Source: Mycoplasmoides genitalium G37 (lineage in GTDB: Bacteria; Bacillota_I; Bacilli_A; Mycoplasmatales; Mycoplasmoidaceae). From it: a stretch of 32,000 nucleotides of DNA. Shown here piece after piece: positions 1 to 10,510 of this stretch. Where the stretch lies: contig NC_000908.2 in the NCBI RefSeq assembly GCF_000027325.1, forward strand, positions 300,001 through 332,000, written 5' to 3'. Below the pieces are notes generated by a model that was not told the origin of the DNA, did no database searches, and saw only the letters and a program-made list of their open reading frames with translations. The position numbers were made by a program, and so were the translations under genes. Within the stretch, counting starts at the first letter, position 1. Each line of letters starts with the position of its first letter.

Positions 1-804
1 ATTAAACAAAAAGTCAGTAGTTTTTTTGGCATAATGAGCCAATTCTGATTGATCATATTCATGTTTTTTTAACAATTCTGGGTTAATTTTTAACACTGTT
101 TGTAGAAACTGTTCTACCATTATTAATTGTTTTTCAAACAGCGAATTTGCATCATCAGGTTTACAAAACCACTCAATTTCAAACTGTTCAAACTCTCTAG
201 TTCTAAACAAGAAGTTACCTGGGGTGATTTCATTACGAAAGCTTTTACCAAACTGGGCAATAGCAAAAGGTAAATTACGCTTCTTAGCTTGCAAGATATT
301 TTTAAAGTTAATAAAGCTACCTTGAGCAGTCTCAGGACGGAGAAAAACAAGGCGTTTATCGTTGTTTACAACCCCGATTTCAGTTTGAAAAAGTAAGTTA
401 AAATCCCTCACTTCTGATCAATTTTGGTTATGACAATTAGGACAGTTAACTTTAAAACTATTCCAATCCTTTTTAGCTTTTATTTCAGCATTAATTTGAT
501 CAACACGAAAGCGGTATTTACAACTCTTACAATCAACTAAAGTATCAACAAAGTTAGCTAAATGTCCTGATGCTTTTCAAACCAATTCGCTGAGAATAAT
601 AGGGGTTTCAACTAAAAGAACATCAGCTTTATTTTTAATAAAAAAGTTATATAAAGCTTGTTTGATTTGTTGTTTTAAAACTGCACCTAATGGACCAAAA
701 TCCCAACTATTGTTTAAACCGTTGTAAATTTCACTACTCTGAAATACAAAACCATGTTGTTTGAGAAACTGAACATAAACTTCTTGGTTGTAAACTTTAG
801 CCAT
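1..804 (-). CDS. glyS: Glycyl-tRNA synthetase, N-terminal 268 codons (3' end runs off the window)
   Basis: ATG at 804-802. N-terminus MAKVYNQEVYVQFLKQHGFVFQSSEIYNGLNNSWDFGPLG is typical of class II GlyRS. The frame has no TAA/TAG down to base 1 when TGA at 579-577 and 420-418 are read as Trp. Confidence 0.9.
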
Positions 805-823
805 TGTTAATTAATCTTAAAAA

Positions 824-1552
824 TTAGTTTTTTCAAGCAAACAAGATAATCCCTAAAGCAACACTTACATTTAAAGAATTGATCTTATTGTTCATAGGAA
901 TTTTGATTCTACAATCTGCATTCTTTGTTATTAGTTGATTCACACCCCTATCCTCATTGCCAACAATTAAGATTTTTTTAGCAAAATCAACTTTGCGATA
1001 ATCAATTGGTTTTCAAATAGGATCCAGAGTTGAAACAACAGTTCAAAATCCTATTTCTTTTAGCTTAGTGATCGTATAACTTAAGTTAGCTACTTGCACT
1101 AAGTTTTGATAAAAAACACTACCCATACTAGTTTTCATGACTGTATTGTTGATAGGGACTTGGTTATTCTTTTTAAAGATAATTCCATCAACCTCACTAG
1201 CCAAACAAGTTCTTAGTATAGCACCAAAATTATAAGGGTCTTGGATCTCATCTAACATCACAAGTGTACTGCACTTCTTATTTTCAACTACTTTAACCAG
1301 TTGATCAAGTGGAATTAAGAGTTGGTTAGTATCTAAAACTGCTACCAATTCCTGGTGGTTAATATCTCTATACTGATTGTTAAATCAGTTAGTTGAATGG
1401 ATTTGAAAATTAATTTTTTTAGCTTCAATTAAAGGTATTAGTTTTTTGTGACGAATGGAAATGTTTACCAATTTAATGTGAACTTGGTTATTAATCGCTT
1501 CCTCAAAGGCTTTAACACCAAATAAGCAACTTTGTTGGCGTGGTTTTTTCAT
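824..1552 (-). CDS. SpoU/TrmH-family RNA 2'-O-methyltransferase (RlmB-like), 242 aa
   Basis: ATG 1552-1550 lies 2 nt after the cysS stop. Track ORF 1043-1348 extends both ways through in-frame TGA (1387-1385, 1045-1043, 1015-1013, 835-833). C-terminal SpoU motifs are present: LIVGNEDRGV and IPMNNKINSLNVSVALGIILF. True stop is TAA 826-824. Confidence 0.8.
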
Positions 1553-1554
1553 TA

Positions 1555-2865
1555 TTACAGCAACATTTTTTTAATTAGTTTTTTTCTAATTTGATCAGCT
1601 TTATCCATTGCTTTTTGTTTGTGTAATATTGATCACTCTTTAATTAAACGCACATTAAGTTTAGTATGGATAGATTTAAAGCTAATTCCTAATAAATCAA
1701 TTGATCATTCCAAGAAACTAAGTTGTTCTCTCAGCACACTAAAGTCCTTAGTTTTAATACTTGTATTAATTTTTTTTATTAGTTTTCAGATAGCAGCAAC
1801 TGCATTGGCAAAGTTGAGATTATCAAGTAAAGCTGAAAAAACTGGATCATATTGCTTGGGACTAATCAACTCAGATTGTTCTGAATAAACTAATCAGGTT
1901 CTAGCAACATTAAGTGTTTTTGCAATCCTTTGAATATCATTATTAGCTTTTTCAATCAATGATTGGTTTAGATCAATAGGATGCAAATAGTGTTTTTGGT
2001 AAAAGATCCAACGCAAAACACGAAAATCATGAAAGTTAAGAAAATCAACTGCTAACAAGAAGTTCTGCAATGACTTTGACATCTTTTGGTTTTCAATCAT
2101 CAAATGACCAATATGCATCCAATGTTTGGTAATGGGCTGGTTATATAAAGCCATGTGTAAGGCATTTTCATTTTCATGGTGGGGGAACTTTAAATCAACT
2201 CCTCCTCCGTGGATCGTGAGTTCATTTTTGAAACAATAATCAATTAAGAAGGCACATTCAACATGTCAACCTGGTCTGCCAAGTCCCCACTTACTATTTC
2301 ATTTAATCCCTGCAGTAGTAATCTTTCAAAGTACAAAATCCAATTTGTTCTTTTTATCAGTATCAGTTTCTTCTAAATGCACCATTCGGTTAGCTAGATA
2401 ACCATATTGCTTTAGTGAATTAACTGCAAAATAAACGTTGTTTTGAGTTGAAACATAAGCATGGTTTTGATTTACTAATTGATCAATATAGTCAGGGATT
2501 TTATCGATTTTTTCAGTGATTTGAATATGTTTAATAGGCAGAATATTTAGTTTTTTTAAAAGTGATTTGTAAGCAGTGATTTGTTGTTTTGTAACAACTG
2601 ATTCGCTTACTTCTTGTTGTTGAGCAATCTTGATGATCTTATCGTCAATATCAGTGATGTTTTGAACAAAATTAACGGTATATTTAGCCTTTTTTAAAAC
2701 TCTATTTAAAACATCAAAAACAATTAATGGTCTGGTGTTGCCTAAGTGCAAATCGTTATAAACTGTGGGTCCACAGAGATAAATGTTAATGGTTTTTTGA
2801 ACTAGTGTTGTTGGTTTTTGACTAACACTGTCAACAATCATAAACCTATGTTCAAATTGCTTCAT
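1555..2865 (-). CDS. cysS: Cysteinyl-tRNA synthetase, 436 aa (alternative ATG at 2841)
   Basis: Track pieces 2326-2865 and 1894-2154 are in one frame and the gaps hold only TGA codons. Motifs: CGPTVYNDLHLGN (HIGH-type), GRPGWHVECAF, HGGGVDLKFPHHENE, KMSKS. Stop is TAA 1557-1555. Confidence 0.9.
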
Positions 2866-4822
2866 TAATGATAGGAATGTTCAGTTCTTTGGCGTGATTG
2901 ATTTTTCTTAAAGTTGGTTTGTTTCCTGCAATAACAAAGTCAACTGTTGGTTTGACTTCACTTGCAAACTGGCAATCAAACTTAGCTGATAATAAATCCT
3001 TAATTTGGTCACGACTAATGTTAAAGCTACCGGTAATAAGAAAGCGTTTTTGAAAATAAATACTGTTAGTTTCAAAGTTAATTTTCAGTGGTAATTGATC
3101 TGTTTTTACTTGTCTTAATTCAAGTTGTTCAATTAACTGCAAATGGTTAGGGTCATGAAACCAGTTATACAATGATTCAGCTACTGTTATTCCTACATCA
3201 TTTAAACTAATTAAGTTCTCTAAGCTAGCATGCTGTAATGCTTTGATATTTTTAAAATGATTAGCTAAATTCTTAGCTAATACATTACCAACATGCTTAA
3301 TACCAAGTCCTGTTAGTAATCTAGCCATTCCTTTTTGTTTTGAATTTTCAATGTTATCAACTAACTTGTTGAAAAGTTTATCACCAATCTTCAGATCTAA
3401 TTTTAAAACTTGGTTTTTCTTGTCTTTTAAATCATAAAGATCAACTATAGATCTAACCAAATTGTGTTCATAAAGTTTGGTAATAGTATTAATATTCAAC
3501 CCGTTAATGTCCATAGCAGTTTTAGAAACAAAATAGTTAATTAACTGGATGTTTCGCTCCTTACAAGTTTCATTGGTACAATACTGATCAACTTCATCAA
3601 CTATTTTGACTAGTTTTGAATTACATGAAGGACAATATTTTTGCTCTTGAATTATGATAGTGTCATTTTTTCTTTTTTCAAGATTTACCTTTAGTACTTT
3701 AGGGATAATTTCCCCAGCTTTATAGATAACAACAGTGTCATTGATCCTAATGTCTTTAGTTTTAATGTAATCAAAGTTATGTAAAGTAGCAGCTGTTACT
3801 TTTGTTCCATCTAAATTAACACTTTCTAATTTAGCAGTATAGTTCACTCTACCAGTTCTACCAATCGTTATAAGAACTGCTGTTAATTTAGTTTGAACAA
3901 ATTTAGGACTAAATTTAAATGCTATTGCCCAACGTGGTGATTTACTTGTAGCACCTAATTGTTGATAAAAAAGCAAGCTGTTTAGTTTAATAACTAAACC
4001 ATCAAGATTAAAAGTTAACTGTTCTCGTTTTTTGTCAAACGCTTCCAAGTAATTAATTAATTGAAATTTGTTTTGAAAAACCCTGATGGTATCACTAACT
4101 GGGAATTTTCACTGCTTAAGCTGTTCTAAAACCATAGTTTGAGTAGTGATTGACTCTTCCAAACCATTAGGGATGTAATAAAATAATGCCCTTAATTTGC
4201 GCTGTGCAGTGATTTCACTGTTTAAATTACGTATTGTACCTGCTGCTAGATTCCTTGCATTAGCAAATGGTTTTTCAAGTTGATTGTTAATTGCTAAAAA
4301 AGTTTTTTTATCAACAAAAATCTCACCCCTAATCTCAATTGTTTTTGTGAAAGGGATTGTTAAAGGGATAGATTTAATGGTTTTAACATTATTTAAAACA
4401 TCTTCCCCAACACTTCCATCTCCTCTGGTTAAAGCATGAACTAAAACACCATTTTTATAAGTTAGAGAGATACTAACTCCATCAATTTTAGGTTCAACTA
4501 CAAATTCATTTTTTGAGTTTGTTTGAAAGTTAATATTATCAATAAAATTAGCAATTTCTTTAGTTGAAAAAGCATTTTCCAAAGAGAGCATTGGACTGTT
4601 ATGGTTTAACTTTTTAAAACCCTTCACAGCTTCTCCTCCCACCCTTTGGGTAGGGGAATCAATTTGGATTAAATCAGGATGATCTTTTTCTAATTGTTGG
4701 AGTGACTTATACAACATATCATACTCAAAATCATCAATTAAAGGTTCGCTTAAAACATAGTAGTGATAGTCATAGTTTTTTATTAAGTTAACCAGCTGTT
4801 GAATCTTCAATTTCACATCCAT
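2846..4822 (-). CDS. ligA: NAD-dependent DNA ligase, 658 aa
   Basis: ATG 4822-4820 gives MDVKLKIQQLV. Adenylation motif VVEPKIDGVS and Cys4 finger CPSCNSKLV...CTNETC are present. Pieces 4109-4864 and 2852-4048 join through TGA 4111-4109. TGA 2854-2852 is read through to TAG 2848-2846. Confidence 0.92.
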
Positions 4823-4891
4823 CACTACTATAAATAAGAAAAATCCTGACTTAGTTGATACCAATCAGGATTTTACAAAGAAGTTTTAATT

Positions 4892-4965
4892 TGGAGCAGA
4901 TAACGGGAATCGAACCCGCATCTTAACCTTGGCAAGGTTATGTTCTACCATTGAACTATATCTGC
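4892..4965 (-). tRNA. tRNA-Gly (anticodon GCC)
   Basis: Cloverleaf on the minus strand: acceptor GCAGATA/TATCTGC, D stem GTTC/GAAC, anticodon stem TAACC/GGTTA with loop TTGCCAA, T arm GCGGG-TTCGATT-CCCGT, discriminator T, encoded CCA. Confidence 0.9.
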
Positions 4966-5000
4966 GTTGTTACTTTAATATTTAGTATATTTTAACTTGC

Positions 5001-6098
5001 ATGGAATCTGAAAACCAAATTGCAATCCTGGATTATATTTTTAACCAAGTCAACCAGCCCAATCAACCAAAAATAGTTTGGTTCTCTGGGGAAGGGGAGG
5101 ATGAGAAAATTAATTTTTTAATCCGCTTAAATGATTTTTTTAAACCAAAATTTGTTGAAAATACTAATGATAGTAGCTTTTTATTAAGTTTTAGAAACCA
5201 TGTTGAAACTAAAAATTCAACGCCTTTAACCCAAGCTAACTTTGCTAATATTGCCAACAAATTACTAGCGGTTTTATTTGGTTCATTGCAATGAAAACAG
5301 TTAAATAAACCAACTGGAAACTGATTTCTTGTAATTTTGTTTTTAGCTTTATTATGGTTAAGACAATGCTGACTAAAACTTCAGTTAACTAAGATAAGTA
5401 AATTTGTAAACCAAAAGGGCATTTTGAGTTTTATTAAACAACAATGGCCTATTCTAACAACATTGGTAACAGTAGGGACCACATTAGGTACTCCAGTATT
5501 TTCATTAACAATAGCCCAACAAGATGGTATTAAGCAAAATGCGGGGAATGATGTCTTTATCTTTTTGATTATCTTCTCTGTTTTTTCTATTAGTTTAGGG
5601 CTTGTTTCATCACTTATCTTTTTAGTCTCCAGCTTATTTTCAATTCGTCAGAAAAAAACGTTGGATGCTTTGGATAAAGTGTTATCAAAATTTATTGATA
5701 AATACTTTTTTTTAGATGAAAAAGAGATCAAAAAACAACTTAAATATCAGTTTAAAAACAACGGTGTTTGCTTTTTTTATGGTTTTGATTTTGATCAGGC
5801 AGAGTTTCTTGAACAATCAATGAACTTAATGTTGTTGTTAAAGCAAACCAATTGTTTTATTTTAGTTGGTTGTAAAGAAAGTGAAATGACGCTCATTAAA
5901 AACAAGATAGAACCTAACATTAACTTAAAACAAAACAGTTTTTATCTGGATTTAAGCAATGAAATTTCACAAGTAGAACAGATCAGCAAATTTAACTTGT
6001 TGTTTAGGCAATTGAGGCTCAGTTCTGAACTATTTTACTTAGAAGATTTTTTTGATTATCTAACTACTGCAAAACAGATAGTTAACTTTCTTTTTTAA
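5001..6098 (+). CDS. Hypothetical integral membrane protein, 365 aa
   Basis: ATG 5001. Track ORFs 5001-5294 and 5424-6098 are one frame joined through TGA at 5292, 5322 and 5370. Hydrophobic helices include WFLVILFLALLW, ILTTLVTVGTTLGTPVF and FIFLIIFSVFSISLGLVSSLIFLV. Stop is TAA 6096-6098. A TAGTAT -10-like hexamer sits at 4983-4988. Confidence 0.7.
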
Positions 6099-6201
6099 AA
6101 CAAAACCTAACCTTGATCAATTTCAAGAAAATCAAAAGAAATTATTTGATTTTTTAGCGTTATGAGCATTAGTAATTGGTACTGATTTTGAGTTTAATAA
6201 C

Positions 6202-6654
6202 GTGTTGTGATCATTTAATAACCACTTTGTAATTGATAACAGTTTTAAACAGGAATATGACAAACCCAACATTACTGCTTTCTTTAATCGTTCTTTGCAA
6301 TTTTTTCAAGAAAATAGCTTGGTTTTAAAACCTGAATTGTTTAGTTTGCAAAAATACACAAAGGATGTTTATGGTTTAAATGTTATCAACCAACTAAACT
6401 TAAATAAGCACCCTATGCTAATTCCATTAACATGGGATAAAAAGCAAAAGTTTATTAGCTTTATTGAAAGCTGTGTTCAAAAATACAGTCAAGTTAAAAA
6501 AGATAACCAGGTATTTAGTTTAACAGTTGGTAAGCGCGTCTTTTTTCTATTATTAATAAATAAGCAGTTTAAACAAATTAAACTTGAAACAGCACTAAAG
6601 TACCTTGGCTTTAAAACTTCCCTTGGTGCAATGGACAGCACAACTGAGTCCTAA
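6202..6654 (+). CDS. Hypothetical protein with unresolved start (frame open from 6082; candidates GTG 6202, TTG 6205, TTG 6295, ATG 6415)
   Basis: The table-4 frame is open 6082-6654 and contains TGA at 6163 and 6208. There is no ATG before 6415. The last 38 nt overlap the tRNA at 6617-6691, and the TAA stop lies inside its anticodon loop. Confidence 0.4.
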
Positions 6655-6691
6655 TCAGTAAATAGAGGTTCAACTCCTCTAGGGAAGGCCA
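6617..6691 (+). tRNA. tRNA-Arg (anticodon CCU)
   Basis: Acceptor CTTCCCT/AGGGAAG, D stem GTGC/GCAC, anticodon stem ACTGA/TCAGT with 7-nt loop GTCCTAA, T arm AGAGG-TTCAACT-CCTCT, discriminator G, encoded CCA. Confidence 0.8.
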
Positions 6692-6739
6692 ATTTATGAT
6701 AAAAACTTAGTTAAATTGCTAGGTTTTTATCTAGTTTTA

Positions 6740-6813
6740 GGGGGTGTAGTTTAGTGGTAGAACAACAGTCTCCAAAACTGTCTGTGTGGGTTCGATTCCT
6801 TCCACCCCCGCCA
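6740..6813 (+). tRNA. tRNA-Trp (anticodon CCA)
   Basis: Acceptor GGGGGTG/CACCCCC, D stem GTTT/GAAC, anticodon stem ACAGT/ACTGT with loop CTCCAAA, T loop TTCGATT (one T-T mismatch in the T stem), discriminator G, encoded CCA. Confidence 0.85.
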
Positions 6814-6820
6814 TTTACAG

Positions 6821-7591
6821 ATGCACTTCAATTCAAACTTTAAAGAATGCTTTAATAAGATTGCAAAAAAAGTTAATTCACTGGACAGTGAATACTATGA
6901 GTTTTCTTCTTTTATTGAAAGGATTAGAACTACCTTTGGACTTTTAATTGCTTTAACTGTTTTAAGTAACCTAATCATTATTAGCTTTGTTTTAATTTGA
7001 TTTTTTACTGATGGCTTTGGTCAGTTAAGGCTGTTATTCTTTACGCTTTTTATCCCCTTTTTTATCTCTTTATTAGTAGCAATCTTTCTAATCTTTCTTA
7101 ACAATTCATTCCGTAATTTTTTTCAGATTAATGAAAAGAACTGGCTGTTCTTATGGACCTGTGTTTTTTCCTCATTACCAATCTTTAACTTGTGGTTAAT
7201 TGTGAGATTAAATAAAACTATTAAGAATTTCGCTAGTGATTATGGTTTTAAGATTGTTAATAAATATAACAGTTTAACAAGCGGAATTTTTGTGTTTGAC
7301 TTTGCTGATTATGTTAGTTTTGAAGCCAACCTGACTAATTGAAAAAACACAAACGATAAAAATCGTAATTTTGTTAACTTCTTTGAAACAATAAGCAAAG
7401 AAAAAACTGGTGTTGTTCAAAAACCAGTTCTTAACTTTCAAAGATTATATGTTAATCGTTTGTACTATCAAAGTAAGCTAAGTGTTGGTAGCAACCAACA
7501 GACTCCCCAAACTGCTTTTGATAACCTAAGAAACTATGTTGAAAACAAACAGCGTGAAACAGTAAGGGTTAAGCAGTATATCCTCACTTAA
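6821..7591 (+). CDS. Hypothetical membrane protein, 256 aa (absent from the ORF track because TGA splits it into pieces under 60 aa)
   Basis: ATG 6821 lies 7 nt after the tRNA-Trp CCA end. I translated every codon: in-frame TGA at 6998 and 7340, no TAA/TAG until TAA 7589-7591. Hydrophobic helices include GLLIALTVLSNLIIISFVLIWFF, LLFFTLFIPFFISLLVAIFLIFL and WLFLWTCVFSSLPIFNLWLIV. Confidence 0.7.
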
Positions 7592-7636
7592 TTAAGTGAA
7601 TATATTAATATTTATTGGTCTTTGTCAAAAAATAAG

Positions 7637-7930
7637 ATGAAAAAGGCAATCCACTTTCAGAGTCAACCAGTTGTTTTTAACTGTGCTTCATGCAATAGCA
7701 ACTTTACCATTGACTCCACTGCCAAACAAAAGGATCTTGCCATTGACATTTGTGGAAAATGTCATCCTTTTTACATAGGGCAATTAACCAAACAAACCGT
7801 GCATGGACGGGCTGAAAAACTTTCTCAAAAGTTCAACGCTGGAAAGGCTTTTTTAGAAAATAAAACTAAAAAGAGTAACCAAGCTAAAGTTGAAAAACAA
7901 ACTAGGCACCGTTCTATTAACGAGCTTTAG
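7637..7930 (+). CDS. rpmE: 50S ribosomal protein L31 (Zn-ribbon type), 97 aa
   Basis: ATG 7637 gives MKKAIHFQSQPVVFNCASCNS...CGKCHPFY (CxxC...CxxC). The track start at 7622 is a TTG five codons upstream. Stop is TAG 7928-7930. Confidence 0.9.
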   Translation: MKKAIHFQSQPVVFNCASCNSNFTIDSTAKQKDLAIDICGKCHPFYIGQLTKQTVHGRAEKLSQKFNAGKAFLENKTKKSNQAKVEKQTRHRSINEL

Positions 7931-9009
7931 TGGATTTTGACAAACAACTCTTTTTCAATGTTGAAAAGATTGTTGAACTTACTGAACAACTTGAAAAAGA
8001 TCTCAATAAACCTAACCTTAGCTTTGAGCAGATTAAAGTTATTAACAAAGAGTTAAAACATAAACAACCTTTAATAGTTAAATTCAAGGAGTTGCAAAAG
8101 CTGGTTGAAAATGCTAATGAAGCTGAACAAATTCTTAACAATTCCAGCTTAAAAGAATTGCATGAAGAAGCTAAAAAAGAACTTGAAAAAATCAAAGCTA
8201 GTTTACCTAGTTTAGAAGAGGAAATTAAGTTCCTTTTACTACCGGTAGATGAAAATAACCAAAAGAATGTTATTGTAGAGATCCGTCCAGCTGCTGGTGG
8301 GGATGAATCTTGCATCTTCTTAAGTGATCTTTTTAATATGTACAAAAACTATTGTACTAGTAAAAATTGAACGGTTGAACTTAATGAAATTATCCCTGCA
8401 AGTGTGGGGATTAACTTTGTTTCTTTTGCGGTAAATGGTACTGATGTTTTTGCTAAACTCAAGTTTGAATCAGGAGTACATAGGGTGCAACGTGTTCCTT
8501 TAACAGAAGCTAAAGGTAGAGTGCATACCTCAACAGTTACTGTTGCTGTTTTACCTCAATTAGAAGAGGTAGAGATCACCATTAATCCTAGTGATTTGAG
8601 AATCGATACTTACCGTGCTTCAGGAGCGGGTGGACAACATGTTAACAGAACTGAAAGTGCAGTTAGAATTACCCATCTACCTACGGGAATTGTTGTGGCT
8701 TGCCAAGAGGGTAAATCCCAGTTTTCTAACCGTGATAAAGCAATGAAAATGCTACGTGCTAAGTTATGGGAAAATGCTCAAAATAAACAACTCTCAACCC
8801 AAGCGGATTTAAGAAAAAGTCAAGTTGGTAGTGGAGAGAGAGCTGAAAAAATTCGTACCTACAACTATCCTCAAAACAGAATTACAGACCACAGGATTAA
8901 ATTAACTATTAATAAGCTTAATACTGTTATTTTGGGAGATCTTGATGAGATCATTGAAGCTTTACAAGCTGATGAAAAGAAACAACAGTTGGAAAAGTTT
9001 ATTAGTTAG
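7930..9009 (+). CDS. prfA: Peptide chain release factor 1, 359 aa
   Basis: GTG 7930 overlaps the rpmE TAG by 1 nt. Track ORFs 7930-8370 and 8404-9009 are one frame joined through TGA 8368. GGQ (SGAGGQHVN) is at 8629-8637. The [14 protein letters not shown] recognition loop is at about 8490-8530. Confidence 0.95.
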
Positions 9010-10380
9010 ATGACTCTGTATGAGTTTTTTTTAAATCAAAAGTTAGTTTACCAATCCAGTCCCCATTTTAACGGGGTATTTTTAACAATATTGGAACACT
9101 ATGGTTTTCAATTTAAAACAATTGATAAACTCTGAAAAAGTAAGCTTCTAATTACTAGTGAGTTAACTGATAAAATCAAACAACAATTAAAGTGTTATTT
9201 TATTGAAAAGATCCCTTTGCCCTATTTGTTGGGAACAATTCAACTAAGGAAGCTTACTTTTAAAACTAAGAAAGGAGTTTTTATTCCTCGAATTGATAGC
9301 TTAGCACTAATTGCAAGTGTTAACTTAAAAAAAATAAAAACTGCACTTGACCTTTGTTGTGGTTCAGGTACTTTAGCCATTGCTTTAAAAAAGAAGTGTG
9401 ATACACTTGATGTTTATGGTAGTGATATTGATATCCAAGCATTAAAACTAGCGCAACAAAATGCATTAATTAATAACGTTAGTATTAATTGAATTGAAGC
9501 AGATTGATTTGATTGTTTTAACAAGATAAAAACTCCGATTGATTTAATTGTTACAAACCCACCTTATCTGAAAAAAACACAACTAAATAAAACATTAAAT
9601 TATGAGCCTAAGCACAGCTTGGTTTTTCAAAATAAAAATAGTTATTTTGCATACAAGCAGTTGTTTAATCTATTACTAACAAAACGATCAATTAAACAGT
9701 TAATTTTTGAATGTTCTTTATTTCAAAAAGAAAGGCTATTAAATTTGTTTTCAATCTTTAAATCAAGGCCGATTTTTAACTTTCAAAAACAGTTTATTGG
9801 TATGAAAGTTGATAATCAAAAACTCCCAGTAGTTGATATTAAAAATACCAAAACTATTAAGCAACTTTTAAAAATGGGGCTAGCAGGAATTGTAAATACT
9901 GATACACAAATGGGATTAATTAGTTATTCAGAGTCTACTCTTGACAAAATTAAACAACGTGCACTTAACAAACATTATGTATCAATGTTTGGGTTAGAAG
10001 AATTAAAGAAGTTACCAAAAAAACTACAACAAATTGCTAGTTACTTTTGACCAGGTAGTTATACCTTTATTAAAAATAACAAGAGCTACAGGGTTCCTAA
10101 AAACTTGGGCTTATTAAACCTTTTTAATGCAATTGGTAGGGTTTTTTGTACTAGTGCTAATATCAGTAATCAAAAACCATACACCAAATTAAGTGATTAT
10201 CAAAACGATAGTTACTGAATAAAGCAACCTTGTTTTATTATTAGAAGCACTTCTAAAGTGCAATCAAATAACACACCTTCACTTGTCTATAATTTAGATA
10301 CAAAACAGTTGGTTCGCACCACAGCTAAACAAACAAAACAGTTTCATAAATTAATAACTAAACACCAGTTAGCTATCTAA
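9010..10380 (+). CDS. prmC: Fusion protein, 456 aa: N-terminal release-factor glutamine N5-methyltransferase (PrmC/HemK) plus C-terminal YrdC/Sua5 (TsaC-like) domain
   Basis: ATG 9010 directly follows the prfA TAG. One frame passes through TGA at 9133, 9490, 9502, 10048 and 10216. SAM-binding LDLCCGSGTLA and catalytic NPPY (9556-9567) mark the methyltransferase. YrdC signatures are IVNTDTQMGL, FWPGSYTFI and TSANISNQKP (10150-10179). Stop is TAA 10378-10380. Confidence 0.85.
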
Positions 10381-10442
10381 TACACAAACCAAAATGAAAC
10401 CAAAGATAATAACAAGCTTTTCAATATAAAAATGCTTAATTC

Positions 10443-10474
10443 AGTTTTATTTTTGAAATAAAACTATTTTTTTT
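10443..10474 (+). terminator. Putative intrinsic terminator after the prmC fusion gene
   Basis: AGTTTTAT (10443-10450) pairs with ATAAAACT (10458-10465), followed by T8 (10467-10474). The stem is AT-rich, so it is weak. Confidence 0.4.
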
Positions 10475-10510
10475 AATTAGTATATAGCATCAACTACTAA
10501 AACATAAGGG

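Noticed and set aside
123-350. 75-aa minus-strand ORF inside the glyS region.
   Set aside because: It is in a different frame from the open GlyRS frame and has no recognisable similarity or start context.
1619-1888. 89-aa plus-strand ORF.
   Set aside because: It lies antisense within the C-terminal third of cysS once TGA is read as Trp. It has no motif support.
5063-5260. 65-aa minus-strand ORF antisense to the start of the 365-aa membrane protein gene. The same applies to 15448-15675 minus, 16951-17145 minus, 25492-25695 minus and 31362-31547 plus.
   Set aside because: They are shadow ORFs overlapping better-supported genes on the other strand or frame.
7917-8345. 142-aa minus-strand ORF antisense to prfA (Ser/Leu-rich).
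   Set aside because: It lies completely inside a well-supported RF1 frame. Its composition is typical of an antisense shadow of a Lys/Glu-rich gene.
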